DNA from: Oculatellaceae cyanobacterium bins.114
Lineage (GTDB): Bacteria > Cyanobacteriota > Cyanobacteriia > Elainellales > Elainellaceae
Assembly: GCA_033764315.1 (NCBI GenBank)
Contig: JANRJA010000041.1
Location: 11,050-75,049, forward strand
Direction of reading: 5' to 3'
Length of the DNA stretch: 64,000 bases
Part shown: in pieces, positions 50,001-60,795 of the stretch
How positions within the stretch are numbered: the stretch's first letter is position 1
Layout: each line of letters begins with the position of its first letter
The notes under the pieces: generated by a model
The model's input: only the letters and a program-made list of their open reading frames with translations
Databases searched by the model: none
What the model was told of the DNA's origin: nothing
Translations under genes and position numbers: made by a program

Positions 50001-50954
50001 TTATTCAGTTCTAGTCGTTTCTTTCCCGAATGAAAGAATGCAGGCAATCCCCTCTAACTTTCCTGCTATGACTGCGGGGAGCGATCGCCATCCTTGAACC
50101 GAGGTTAACAAAGCAGCAATGCCAAACAGTTGTAATACGGCAAGATTGAGATAATCTTTTAGTCGTGATCGACCCAAAATGTGAGTCATAACATAGTGCC
50201 GATTCACCAACTCCATCTTTGACAGTATTCCTGCATTATTTTTGTGATCTCCCGGTTGGCTATCATGGAAAATTTTTGCAGTACGGACATTAGCTAACTT
50301 CCACTGTTTACCCACTAAAATTGATAAAGTGGCATCCTCTAGAAAAGAGTATCCTGTGAAATGTTTAGGAAATGGTGGATTAGGCAATGCCTCGTAACGG
50401 TAAAGAGTACAACCTAAGTTAAGCCACTCTACAGGAACAACTTCTGGTAAATCATTTCGATCTTCTGGCAGTAGATTTAAGGCAGGACCAATGCATTTAC
50501 CGGCGTAGCTCTCTTCTTTACGACCATGCAGCAGTTGAAAGAGCAAGCGGCTAATGCAACCGGGAGGCAAATATTTTTGATTGGTAATCATGGCATTGAC
50601 ACCTCCCAATTTCGCATCGCTTTGCATCGCTTGCCAGAGCCGCATCAAGCAGTCTGGTTCAAACCAGATGTCATCATCCAAAAATAAGATGTAGGGCTGA
50701 CTTGCATAAGCAAAGGCTTGATTGCGCTGTGTTGCTGCTCCTAATTCTATGGCTTTGTGATAGATGATTTGGGTTGCCAGTCCCGCCATTGAGCCTCGAC
50801 AAATCTGTTCAGTTTCCTCAGTGCTTGAACCATCCACCACCACCATTTCGATGGGTTGAAACGATTGCTGCGCTAGGCTGTGCAACATCCGCTTCAAAGG
50901 ATCTGGACGATTGCGCGTTGGCAATAATATTGAGACTGGCAAGAGTTGATTCAT
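50001..50954 (-). CDS. Glycosyltransferase family 2
   Basis: Motifs PTRNR, VVDGSS and FLDDDI. Confidence 0.9.
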   Translation of the reverse strand: MNQLLPVSILLPTRNRPDPLKRMLHSLAQQSFQPIEMVVVDGSSTEETEQICRGSMAGLATQIIYHKAIELGAATQRNQAFAYASQPYILFLDDDIWFEPDCLMRLWQAMQSDAKLGGVNAMITNQKYLPPGCISRLLFQLLHGRKEESYAGKCIGPALNLLPEDRNDLPEVVPVEWLNLGCTLYRYEALPNPPFPKHFTGYSFLEDATLSILVGKQWKLANVRTAKIFHDSQPGDHKNNAGILSKMELVNRHYVMTHILGRSRLKDYLNLAVLQLFGIAALLTSVQGWRSLPAVIAGKLEGIACILSFGKETTRTE

Positions 50955-50960
50955 AATAAA

Positions 50961-52760
50961 TTATGCAATCAGAACAACATTGGATCGGGTTAGTGTTGGA
51001 ACTGGGCTATTTGGGAAGCCAAGAGTTACAAACGCACCGCCTGTCCCAAAACCAGCGAGTCCTTCGTTTTCGTTGAAGTACAAACGGCGATTAGTAGAGT
51101 TGTAAACAATCCGGGCAGTACTAATCGCTGCATCAACATCAGTCGTAACAGCAGCAAATTGAGTTGAACTAATCGGACTGATGAGTGCTCCTGACAAACC
51201 AAATAGACTCCTTGAGAGCCGAATGGTATCACCTACTGAGAAATCAGTAATAGTGTCTATGCCAAGTTCAGCAAATGGGACAGTGTTGTCATAGGCAAAA
51301 GCATCGGCTCCTGCCCCTCCATTCAGAGTGTCGTTACCCCGTCCACCTGTCAGTTGGTCAGTTCCCCCTTCACCAAATAAGTTGTCATTGCCATCTAACC
51401 CACTTAATGTGTTGCCAGCTGTATTACCAATAATTGTGTTATTTAAGCTATTGCCTGCGCCACTCAAGGGATTGCTGCCAGTTAAGGTCAAGTCACGTAC
51501 CCCGACCGCATTTGTTGCCAAACTGTAGTTGCTGACTGAGGAGAAGACCCGGTGTGGTCCTCCAGTTGTTCCAACAACAACATCACCCAAATTATCGACA
51601 TAATAAGAATCTTGTCCTGTGCTGGTGATGAAGGTATCAGCCCCAAGTCCTCCATCTAAAATGTCGTTTTGTGCTCCTCCATCAAGGGTGTCATTGCCAG
51701 TAAAGCCATAGATGAAGTCACTACCATCTCTGCCCTCAAGCACATTATTACCATTGTTACCCGCAATATAATTGGCGAGGTTATTGCCCAAGGCATTGAT
51801 GTTGCTAGTTCCACTCAACACCAGGTTATAAACATTGCCACTCAGAACAACTCCTCCTAACAGATCAAGGGTAATAGACGAAGAGATTGTGTTAACCCCA
51901 GCACCCGTAGGATTCGGATTACCTGCATAATCACCAATACCATCCGCAATAACACGATCGCCAGCATTATCTACTACAAATGTGTCGCCTGCAAAGCCAC
52001 CACCGCCAACCATCGTGTCAGCACCTAATCCACCGTCTAAGGTATTTCTGCCAATATTGCCAACGAGTAAGTTATCCCAGTCATTGCCTGTTCCATTCAG
52101 GTTGGCTGAGCCTTCTAATGTCAGCCCAAAGATGTGGGAGCTAAGGGTATAACTGACGGTTGAAAAAGCCTCGTTAAACCCAACTGGCTCAGTAGAGTCT
52201 TCTACAATCGCATCGCCAACATTGTCAATATAATAAATGTCATAACCAGCACCACCAATTAGGCGATCGCTCCCAAATCCTCCATCTAATTCATCATCTC
52301 CACCATTGCCATACAGAATATCATTACCCCCCATACCAAAAATTTGATTGTCACCCAAATTTCCGGTAATCGTGTTAGCAAAGTCATTGCCAGAAACGTT
52401 GTGATTAACAGTAGAAGAAGTTTGGAACATCACCAAATTTTGGGTAGTTGCTGCATTCACCTGCATGTCAAAAAAGATAGGAGCAGCACTCGATAACCAG
52501 ATAGTGTCAAACCCCGTTGTAGTTATAACCAGATCATTTGTATCATCTACGACATAGGTGTTGCTACCCGCTCCCCCTGACATCTGATCAACACCTGTGC
52601 CGCCATTAATATAGTCATTGCCATTTCCCCCTTCTAGAAGGTCATCACCATCAAGACCATAGATGTAGTTAGATTGAGTAGGATCTACTAGAAGGCCACC
52701 GGTTGTATTTTGAGTTGGTGAGATGATATCGTCAAAATTAGTGCCAAGATAGGAAGGCAT
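50961..52760 (-). CDS. RTX-repeat calcium-binding secreted protein
   Basis: Many GGxGxD nonapeptides, repeated YxVDNxGD...SS..Y.L...L.L.G...GN..N modules, and a C-terminus typical of cyanobacterial RTX proteins. No signal peptide. Confidence 0.9.
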   Translation of the reverse strand: MPSYLGTNFDDIISPTQNTTGGLLVDPTQSNYIYGLDGDDLLEGGNGNDYINGGTGVDQMSGGAGSNTYVVDDTNDLVITTTGFDTIWLSSAAPIFFDMQVNAATTQNLVMFQTSSTVNHNVSGNDFANTITGNLGDNQIFGMGGNDILYGNGGDDELDGGFGSDRLIGGAGYDIYYIDNVGDAIVEDSTEPVGFNEAFSTVSYTLSSHIFGLTLEGSANLNGTGNDWDNLLVGNIGRNTLDGGLGADTMVGGGGFAGDTFVVDNAGDRVIADGIGDYAGNPNPTGAGVNTISSSITLDLLGGVVLSGNVYNLVLSGTSNINALGNNLANYIAGNNGNNVLEGRDGSDFIYGFTGNDTLDGGAQNDILDGGLGADTFITSTGQDSYYVDNLGDVVVGTTGGPHRVFSSVSNYSLATNAVGVRDLTLTGSNPLSGAGNSLNNTIIGNTAGNTLSGLDGNDNLFGEGGTDQLTGGRGNDTLNGGAGADAFAYDNTVPFAELGIDTITDFSVGDTIRLSRSLFGLSGALISPISSTQFAAVTTDVDAAISTARIVYNSTNRRLYFNENEGLAGFGTGGAFVTLGFPNSPVPTLTRSNVVLIA

Positions 52761-52932
52761 ATAAACGCTCCAAGGATACTTGTTGTAAAGGGGCTTGCAT
52801 CTATCGAACTACATCCCTGAATACCCTACTGAGGGCATCTAAGCAGTTTTACGGTGGAGCTTCAGTAAATCTTGACGGTTTACTAAAACTTTATAGTTAC
52901 GTATCTAGTATTGCGATCGCCTCTGGTCGTTC

Positions 52933-53904
52933 TCAAGAAGAAATTGACGAATTAATAGAAGCTCTTTGTAACATCCGTCTCGTGTTAGCAATCGTTTCCG
53001 CAGCCATAAAGCCAAACAAACGATAACAAACTTGATAACTACTAGAAGCTGCTCTGCCTGTTGGTAAAAATTGAGGAGTAGTTTGATGAATTTGTGTAAT
53101 CAGCAGATTTGCCCAATCCCGATCAAAAAGCCATATCATTCGAGCACATTCAAACCGAGCCTGATGGATAGCCAATTGTCTAACTGAGGTTAGCTGCCCG
53201 CTCAATTTCAGGTACTGTTCTAATCGATTTGTAATATCAAGTCGGTGACGATAAGTTTCTGGTTTGTTTTTGTTACAAACAGTCAGATTGCTCCATTGTC
53301 GATATACTGAACCAACGTGTTCACAGTATCTAAACCGCTGATTAGACATCAAAAGACGTAAATATAGTTCATGCTCTTGACAACACGGTTGATCTCTCTT
53401 CCATCCACCTACATCAATTACAGCTTGCTTTCGCCATAGAGGACTTCCAGTTTGAGGCAAAGACCAACGAGCTAATAAGATCCACGGGTCGTGAGGTTCA
53501 GGAATGGGCAAAATCTCTTTCCATACCTTCCCCTCCTGATGGTATTCCAGAAGACTTGGGCTATAAATAATATCAGTTTGTGGATGCTCAGCTAAAATCT
53601 CTATCTGCTGATCAAGTTTGTCAGTTAATAAATAATCATCGGCATCCAGATACTGCAACCATTCACCCGTGCTTAACTCTAACAATCGATTTCGAGTTGC
53701 GTTGCCCCCTTGATTCGATTGTGTCTCCCAGCGAATGCGATCGCCAAAACCCTTGATGATCTCCAAACTGGCATCCGTTGACCCATCATCTATAACAACC
53801 ACCTCTTTGTTGGGGTAGGTCTGCTTTAATGCACTGGCGATTGCCTGTTGAATCCATCTTTCGGCGTTGTAGCAAGGAATTAAAATACTAATGTTAGGAA
53901 GCAT
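52933..53904 (-). CDS. Glycosyltransferase family 2
   Basis: Motifs LIPCYN, DDGSTD and LDADD. Confidence 0.93.
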   Translation of the reverse strand: MLPNISILIPCYNAERWIQQAIASALKQTYPNKEVVVIDDGSTDASLEIIKGFGDRIRWETQSNQGGNATRNRLLELSTGEWLQYLDADDYLLTDKLDQQIEILAEHPQTDIIYSPSLLEYHQEGKVWKEILPIPEPHDPWILLARWSLPQTGSPLWRKQAVIDVGGWKRDQPCCQEHELYLRLLMSNQRFRYCEHVGSVYRQWSNLTVCNKNKPETYRHRLDITNRLEQYLKLSGQLTSVRQLAIHQARFECARMIWLFDRDWANLLITQIHQTTPQFLPTGRAASSSYQVCYRLFGFMAAETIANTRRMLQRASINSSISS

Positions 53905-53928
53905 AGTTGCTGGAATACTGAGAATCGG

Positions 53929-55008
53929 TCAAACGATATGTTTAATCAACGAAACTTTTTTGAGAACTGTTACTAGAGAGATAGTCAATCCCAGGACTAG
54001 TAAAAATTTGATAACACTGTGACTCAACGCTGAAGTATTAAATAGAAAAGAGTAGCTGACATAGGAATGAATACAAAAAATACCCAAGGACAAGTCGGAA
54101 AGACATTTAATAATTTGAGGCACTGAGGGTTGAGGTAATAAAGACAGATATAAAATTAACGATGAACCAAACACAAGTGAAACGCGGTTGTAAGGGGGTA
54201 ACAAGTATCGCCACATCTCTGGGTCATATAAATAGTGATATTCAGTTACCGTTGCAACTAGAAAACAAAAGCCAAGGAAAGCAATTTTTAGTTTAAATTT
54301 AGGATCTTTAAAGGTGACTTTTTTCTGTTTAAACTCATTGGCAATTAGAAAAGACGTAAATATATAAGGAATAAAATTAATAGGACTCCAATATTCCATT
54401 AACAGGGGATATCTTAAAAAGCTAGTTCCTTCAGTATTAAGCGTTAGAATTGGAATTCCAACCATTAAAGCCCCTGAAATTGTTAGAAACCCATAAGTAA
54501 CCTTCTCCACTTCAATTTGCTTGAGTTTGAGCACAGTAAAGAATTGATAAAAATGAGAAGCTATGGTCAATGCAATCAGTGAAAAGAAGAAAAAAGATAC
54601 TGAGTAGGCTCCACTAATTATAAGAAATAATGTTTCTTCCCAATTGCCTTGAATGATTATGGTAAGGAAATTAATATCTCGATTAGCGTATGAAAACAAA
54701 ATCCAGATAGAAACCCAGACGATGTATAAAGTCGTTAATTTTTTAAGCCGATATTTGAGATAGTTTTTCTTACTTTCCCATTTTAAGTGAAATAAAAACA
54801 GGGAGATTTGAAAAAAGACTGGAACGGCTAATAAAGCAAAGCTGTAGTAAATTACAAGATGAATGCGATCGCTAAAAGTAATTGAATTCAGTGCGTTAGT
54901 ATGCCAAAAAACAACCAACATTGAAAAGATGGCTCTCAAGTAATCAAAACCATTAATTCGGTCTAAAGGTTTTGCTGACTTTGATGACTGGCTCACTAAT
55001 ATCGTCAT
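53929..55008 (-). CDS. Acyltransferase family 3 (membrane O-acyltransferase)
   Basis: Motifs FDYLRA...VFWH, AVPVFFQIS and SLGIFCIH; very AT-rich. Confidence 0.88.
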   Translation of the reverse strand: MTILVSQSSKSAKPLDRINGFDYLRAIFSMLVVFWHTNALNSITFSDRIHLVIYYSFALLAVPVFFQISLFLFHLKWESKKNYLKYRLKKLTTLYIVWVSIWILFSYANRDINFLTIIIQGNWEETLFLIISGAYSVSFFFFSLIALTIASHFYQFFTVLKLKQIEVEKVTYGFLTISGALMVGIPILTLNTEGTSFLRYPLLMEYWSPINFIPYIFTSFLIANEFKQKKVTFKDPKFKLKIAFLGFCFLVATVTEYHYLYDPEMWRYLLPPYNRVSLVFGSSLILYLSLLPQPSVPQIIKCLSDLSLGIFCIHSYVSYSFLFNTSALSHSVIKFLLVLGLTISLVTVLKKVSLIKHIV

Positions 55009-55011
55009 TGC

Positions 55012-55986
55012 TTATGCTTCAGCTAAGTGATTCATGATATTAACTTTTCGGTAAGCATATTTCCCAACTTTAGGAATAGCAATCAGATTAGAATGCCATA
55101 GTTGCTCTAAATCATTTAGACCAGATAATGGACGTATTGTGCCGTAAGGAAACTCAGGCGTGAGATTGGGATAAGTCCGGTTGATGTAATACAACTCAAA
55201 CCACTGAGCCGAAAATAGATTGAAAATATCTTTTGGCTCAAATCCCATTCGTTGTAACCCCAATTTATAAACTTCAACAATAAATAGGGGTAAAGAACTT
55301 TCCTTGAATAATAGGGAACCACTCCGCAACGCCAGTGCTTCAGCCCCTTCGATATCCATCTTGATTAATGAAACCTGGTCAGATATCTGATGTTTTTGAA
55401 TCAGACTATCTAACGTAGTAGAAGGAACAGCTTGTTTCTTAAAGCGGGTTTCTAACTCCGGGCTGACTTTAAGAGATTGTCTAACATCCATCCCCTCATC
55501 ACAACCCACCATGAACTCAACAAATCCATTAGTATCTGTAACGCAAACAGGTTCAATTTGAATCTGAAATAGCTTGAGAGTTTGAATCACTTGTTGCAAA
55601 TGCTGAACAGTTGTAGGAGATGCTTCGATTGCAATCACCTGACCTGTTTTTCCTACTTTTGCAGCAAATAAAGTTGAAAAATAGCCAATATTAGCTCCTA
55701 AATCCAAGCAGGAATCTCCTACTTGTAGCCAACTTTTTGAGATTTCTAACTCAATCTCTTCATAACTCCGCTGATGCACATATAGATTAGTGGATGTTGC
55801 TAGCTTGGGTAGGCAGAGATAGTTAAATCCTAATTTAGTTTTATAGGTAAAAGGTTTGCTGTGTTTGGAGTGTAAAATATATTGCCGAATATTTTCATCA
55901 ATACGAAGAGCGATCGCATCGAGTGGATTTCCCTCATGGGTTAACAGATAATGAACTGATTTTAATTTTCTAAGAAAAGGTTGCAT
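55012..55986 (-). CDS. FkbM-family methyltransferase
   Basis: Motifs LDLGANIGY and LIKMDIEGAE. Confidence 0.93.
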   Translation of the reverse strand: MQPFLRKLKSVHYLLTHEGNPLDAIALRIDENIRQYILHSKHSKPFTYKTKLGFNYLCLPKLATSTNLYVHQRSYEEIELEISKSWLQVGDSCLDLGANIGYFSTLFAAKVGKTGQVIAIEASPTTVQHLQQVIQTLKLFQIQIEPVCVTDTNGFVEFMVGCDEGMDVRQSLKVSPELETRFKKQAVPSTTLDSLIQKHQISDQVSLIKMDIEGAEALALRSGSLLFKESSLPLFIVEVYKLGLQRMGFEPKDIFNLFSAQWFELYYINRTYPNLTPEFPYGTIRPLSGLNDLEQLWHSNLIAIPKVGKYAYRKVNIMNHLAEA

Positions 55987-56012
55987 TACTGAATTTTTGC
56001 TAATTAATGAGG

Positions 56013-56771
56013 TTAAACTACAATCGAGAATTCATCGCGAACTTGATGAGTGAGAGGTCGAGTACGACGTAACCCACCTAATAAATGACGAATTCCATAC
56101 CAGTTTTTTGGGGGGATGTAGGTATCTGTCCAGTTATCTCCATGACTGTGAGTATAGACAGCACCCAGAAAAGGCAAGGGTTCAAGCGGTGTTCCTAGTT
56201 CTCTTAAATGTTGCTCAATTACGGTGTGTCCGTGGGTTAACACAACACATTTAGAGATTTCTTCTGAGGATGTATTCAGTGGAAATTGAATGAGTCGGCT
56301 GCTAACAATTGCATTAGTGCCACAGTTGAAATGATCATCCAGATAGATCCAACGACTCCCATAGCGGTAGCGGTAACCCTGCTTCAGTATCCAACCATTT
56401 GCTTCTTTATGAGCATTAACATATTGGGAGAGATGACAACTGACTAAGTCATCTGCATCCATCAGCATGACAAAGTCAGGTCTAAATTCTCTTGCTCTGA
56501 CCATCCCTACAGCTATCTTTTTCCATTTGTCTTGCATCGTCAGGTCAGTCGCTGCAACAGACGGAGGAGGTAAAAAATCAACGTTAATAATCTCTACGCG
56601 ATTGTCATAAGTGTGATGCAATTGAGGCGTTTCATGGCAGACCGCAATGATTTTAAAGTCAGGATCAATTTGGTGATAGGCAGACCGCAACGAATCCTCA
56701 AACAACTGTGAAACAACATCCCAGTTTTTAGAAACCGCTTTTGATTTAAGCGCAATAACAAAACAGAGCAT
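56013..56771 (-). CDS. Putative GT-A fold glycosyltransferase
   Basis: MDADD DxD motif; position within the cluster. Confidence 0.65.
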   Translation of the reverse strand: MLCFVIALKSKAVSKNWDVVSQLFEDSLRSAYHQIDPDFKIIAVCHETPQLHHTYDNRVEIINVDFLPPPSVAATDLTMQDKWKKIAVGMVRAREFRPDFVMLMDADDLVSCHLSQYVNAHKEANGWILKQGYRYRYGSRWIYLDDHFNCGTNAIVSSRLIQFPLNTSSEEISKCVVLTHGHTVIEQHLRELGTPLEPLPFLGAVYTHSHGDNWTDTYIPPKNWYGIRHLLGGLRRTRPLTHQVRDEFSIVV

Positions 56772-56779
56772 GACTATGA

Positions 56780-57886
56780 TTAGAGGTAAATTACTGTTTT
56801 ATAAAGTTGTTTTGTTTTCTCGCCAATATCATCCCAATTCAAGCGATCGCACTCCTGCTGTACTTGTTGACTCAGTGCCTTTAAGTCAATATGTGTACTT
56901 TTAACTAACGCACGTTGTAACCCGTCAAGCTCTTCCGGGTTGTACAGTAATTGATCGGCATGACCAATGGTTTCTGGGATGCCACCTAGTTTTGGAGCAA
57001 CTACAGGTTTGCCGTAGGACATTGCAACGATCAAACTGCTGGAGGTCAGAATGGTTGTAAATGGCAAAACAACAATATCAGCCGCACTAAAAAACAAGTG
57101 CATCTGGTCATCCTCAATAAAGTGAGGATAGAGACGCACATTTGAACTATGAGATGCAAGTTGAGCGATGGATGTTCCATAGGTTTCATCCAAGGGTTTG
57201 CCCGCAATAACCAAAGTGTTATCCTGCATCTCTGGAGTGTTGTGCCAAACCTCCAATAACTGCTCAACTCCTTTGTATGGTCTAAGCATTCCTTGATTAA
57301 GGTAGATTAGCCCCGTCAGAGGCAACCCTAATGCTCGACGTGCCGCCATCGGCTCAATAGGAGGTTGATAGACTGCTTTATAGTGCCCAATCGGAATGAC
57401 AACTGCTTTAGCCGGGTTGAATTGGTAATCCTGGGCGATCGCTTCTACTACCGAGTAATTGTGCAAGATCACCCGATCGACCAACTTTACCAATATTCGC
57501 CGCGCCCACAACTCTACATTTAACGCGTTAGAGTCATGAGAAATACGGTTATGAACTGTCCACACAATTCCGATTCCAGCTAATCGGGTCATCCAAATAT
57601 CCAGCAGAAATTTTAATGCATAGATCACCTTGACCCACCCATCTCCCTTAAAGTATGGGGAAATCCAATGGAGATGAAGAACTTCAAAGGAGTGTTGGAA
57701 ATGTTTGCTATCTGTCGCCATACGAAAGATAGGAAACACTCGACGATATCCCCAGGGAAATTTCACCGTGACTCCCTGCTTCACTAATGCTTTCTCTAGC
57801 AACATTTGATAAGGGTTGTCTACCCGGTAATCGGGCATCGTCAACACATTGATTGACTCTGAATTGGGTGAACCGCCAGAATTCAT
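56780..57886 (-). CDS. Glycosyltransferase family 4
   Basis: Motifs NPYQ, LHLHW, WTVHN, G.LRPYKG and TSSS..AMSYGKP. Confidence 0.9.
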   Translation of the reverse strand: MNSGGSPNSESINVLTMPDYRVDNPYQMLLEKALVKQGVTVKFPWGYRRVFPIFRMATDSKHFQHSFEVLHLHWISPYFKGDGWVKVIYALKFLLDIWMTRLAGIGIVWTVHNRISHDSNALNVELWARRILVKLVDRVILHNYSVVEAIAQDYQFNPAKAVVIPIGHYKAVYQPPIEPMAARRALGLPLTGLIYLNQGMLRPYKGVEQLLEVWHNTPEMQDNTLVIAGKPLDETYGTSIAQLASHSSNVRLYPHFIEDDQMHLFFSAADIVVLPFTTILTSSSLIVAMSYGKPVVAPKLGGIPETIGHADQLLYNPEELDGLQRALVKSTHIDLKALSQQVQQECDRLNWDDIGEKTKQLYKTVIYL

Positions 57887-58785
57887 GTGCTTAACTCTTG
57901 CAGAAAACTATTGCGAACTAGATGTCGAATTCCTTCGCTGTACATTAAATGCCGAATCTTACCAACGTAATGGCGACAGGGTAAACCATTCATTCCCTTT
58001 TCCAGGCGCACATCATATAGATCCGGTAGTAATTCCACCCCAAATCGAGAACTACACAAAGCATAAAGCGTTTGTTCAATACGCCAGAAATGCCCAATGA
58101 TATTGGGTAACTCTAGAAACTCCTCAATCCAATCCAAACTCAAGGATGCTTTGTGAATCAGCCCTAAACCTGAGTTAAATCGCTGAATAAGGTCAACTCC
58201 ACATTCGTTTCGTACAACCTCTGGATCAACGGTGTAGGCACTAGAAACGTCACGATTGACAGAGTTCAGCAGATAACTTGGGTTTTCAATGCATTGCAAC
58301 AACGCTGTTGGCTCCTGAAAAAACAACACGTCACTGTCAAGCAACAACATGCGATCGCTCTCTAGATATGTAATAAAATCAAAAACTTTAGGGGCAAGGT
58401 GGTTATTTTCACGAAACTCTAAACAGCGTGGATAGGCTCTTAATTGTTCTGAAACGCGGGTATCGGCAGTAGGGCGATCGATGATACGAGCATTAGTAAA
58501 ATGGGTCTGAAGTGTCTCTATCTGTTGTGCTGTCAATGTTCCGTCATCGTGAATGCACAGTGCATAGGATCGTCTGGAGTAGTGATAAAACGACTTTAAT
58601 GCCCACATTAGATTTAGCCAGTCGGTTGTTGATGTGAGAACATGAATTTCACAAGTCTGATTAGTCGTATTAGAGATCGACTGAGTAGCTAAAATTTGAT
58701 GCCTAACGATGTCACGGTAATAAGCGGTATCCAGCCCATGCCCAAAGGTCTGTTGAAATTTAAGCACTAAACTACCGATTGACAT
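57883..58785 (-). CDS. Putative GT-A fold (GT8-like) transferase
   Basis: Motifs HDDG, LLDSDVLFF, FNSGL and EQT. Confidence 0.65.
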   Translation of the reverse strand: MSIGSLVLKFQQTFGHGLDTAYYRDIVRHQILATQSISNTTNQTCEIHVLTSTTDWLNLMWALKSFYHYSRRSYALCIHDDGTLTAQQIETLQTHFTNARIIDRPTADTRVSEQLRAYPRCLEFRENNHLAPKVFDFITYLESDRMLLLDSDVLFFQEPTALLQCIENPSYLLNSVNRDVSSAYTVDPEVVRNECGVDLIQRFNSGLGLIHKASLSLDWIEEFLELPNIIGHFWRIEQTLYALCSSRFGVELLPDLYDVRLEKGMNGLPCRHYVGKIRHLMYSEGIRHLVRNSFLQELST

Positions 58786-58836
58786 GGGATTTTTAGCTCT
58801 AAATGAAGTTACTAATGAATTGTTGCTCTATGATTT

Positions 58837-59880
58837 CTAGTGTTTTACAGATCCACTCAAATAGTTCATTGTACGTTTCTGAAACTCAGGGATTAAAAGA
58901 ATTTGAGGATTAGAGAGAGCAACTGCAATCATTTGCGTGATGCGGATGAGAGGGCGATCGCCCTCTGTAAGTGATTTTTCAACCTGCTTTAAAAAGACCG
59001 TTTGATAAAGGTATTTACCCTGTAATATGAGTCGTTGTTTGAGTGGCAGCCTAACATCTGAACTCCAAAGCAAAGGACGGACAACCTCTAGCAACTCCTG
59101 CGCAACCTGTTCACGTTGATTTGATTTTTGTTGGCTAGTAAATCTAAAACAAGCCATTTCTGAATCAAGCTGATTGACAGCACCACCTGCCTTTAAGATT
59201 CTGCACCAGTAGTCATAATCCATCACGTAATTTAAGTCTTCTCGAAAGTAACCGATCTGCTCAGTGATGCGCTTTGTCCAAAATACTTCAGGTTGTACAA
59301 ACTGGCGTTGTGCCCACCAAACATTCCACAAATCGATGATTTCGCTAAATCGATGAATGTTGCCAAACTGCTCACCGATCTTGTTGCCTAACACATCGAT
59401 ATAACGACAGCGACCGTGTAACAGATCGGTTTGAGGATTTTGCTTAAAGTGAGCAGCGACACTGAACAAAGCATTGGGCAAATAGTAATCGTCACTGTTG
59501 AGATATGCCAGAATATCTCCTGTTGACCGTGCTAAACCTTTGTTAATTGCGTGAGCCTGACCGCGATCGCGCTCACTCACCCAGTGTGTAATCCACGGTT
59601 CATATTTCCTAATAATTTCTATTGTATTGTCAGTACTTCCTCCATCAATGATGATGTATTCCAGGTTAGGATAACCTTGTAGAAGAACTGAACGAATCGT
59701 TTCCTCGATAAATTGTCCCTGGTTGTAGCTGGGAGTCACAATACTAATGCAAGGATAGTTGAAGCGATTTAAGGCGCGATCATCCAAAACGTTACTGTGT
59801 TCTGTCCAGGGAAATCCATCTTTGTCAGATGAAGGGACTGGTAAATCGTTAAGGGTGAGAGCTTTGGTAATTAGTGGCAT
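58837..59880 (-). CDS. Glycosyltransferase family 2
   Basis: Motifs TPSYNQG, IDGGSTD, GQAHAINKG and LNSDD. Confidence 0.93.
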   Translation of the reverse strand: MPLITKALTLNDLPVPSSDKDGFPWTEHSNVLDDRALNRFNYPCISIVTPSYNQGQFIEETIRSVLLQGYPNLEYIIIDGGSTDNTIEIIRKYEPWITHWVSERDRGQAHAINKGLARSTGDILAYLNSDDYYLPNALFSVAAHFKQNPQTDLLHGRCRYIDVLGNKIGEQFGNIHRFSEIIDLWNVWWAQRQFVQPEVFWTKRITEQIGYFREDLNYVMDYDYWCRILKAGGAVNQLDSEMACFRFTSQQKSNQREQVAQELLEVVRPLLWSSDVRLPLKQRLILQGKYLYQTVFLKQVEKSLTEGDRPLIRITQMIAVALSNPQILLIPEFQKRTMNYLSGSVKH

Positions 59881-59940
59881 AAATGCGATCGCCCAACGTT
59901 ACTTACTCTTTTCATCTTTTACACCAGAAATCAGGAAAAC

Positions 59941-60765
59941 TCATGGTGTAGGCAGGATTAACCTACGAGATGTTTTACGAGATGCCATTAAGAAACTTTC
60001 AGTCTTTAGCATCTTTAATTTTAGGATAGTTGGATTAGGAATTAGCAGCAGATCAGGTACAGAGAAAACTTGATATTCGAGTTTTTCAGCAAAGTCTAAT
60101 AATACTTCTGGTTGACAGTTATAAGCTTTAAGATTAGTCGCATTCCATTCTAATAAAATAGATGGTTGCTGGTTATAGATACAGGACAAGGCTCCTTTTA
60201 GTACATCTAACTCAGCCCCTTCAACATCAATTTTGATTACAGATACAAAAGGTTTTCCAATTGCTTCCCATTCAATGTCTAAAGTTGTTACTGGAACAGT
60301 GATTTTTTCAGTGACTCTGACTCTTTGGGTGTCACGAAATCCATCAAAAGCCCCTAAAGCAGAAGAGGACAAGTAAAAATCTAGCTCTCCAACCTCACTA
60401 CCTAATGCCTTATCTACTACACTCCATCTATGAGTGAATTGGCTATTAGTGACAGTGCGATTTAGAAATTGAAGTGTATTAGGGGATGGCTCAAATGAAA
60501 CTACTTTACAAGACTTGTTATGTTGTAATATAGGAAGTGCCATCAACCCAATATTGGCACCCACATCAAAACAAATACTATTAGATTCAACTAAAGCCTC
60601 TAATAATAAGATATTGTCTAACTCATAAATTCCTTGATTACAAGTTAGTTCAAAAATTTTAGACCCTTTTGGAAAATAGACTTGAGTTCCACAATATGGA
60701 AATGAGCCAGTAAAACCAGGGCAGTTACCATACAACCATTTTTTTAGTATTCCACGGAATCTCAT
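59941..60765 (-). CDS. FkbM-family methyltransferase
   Basis: Motifs FDVGANIG, FEPSP and KIDVEGAE. Confidence 0.93.
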   Translation of the reverse strand: MRFRGILKKWLYGNCPGFTGSFPYCGTQVYFPKGSKIFELTCNQGIYELDNILLLEALVESNSICFDVGANIGLMALPILQHNKSCKVVSFEPSPNTLQFLNRTVTNSQFTHRWSVVDKALGSEVGELDFYLSSSALGAFDGFRDTQRVRVTEKITVPVTTLDIEWEAIGKPFVSVIKIDVEGAELDVLKGALSCIYNQQPSILLEWNATNLKAYNCQPEVLLDFAEKLEYQVFSVPDLLLIPNPTILKLKMLKTESFLMASRKTSRRLILPTP

Positions 60766-60795
60766 AGATTGATAAGTATGAAGGTATATGTACAG

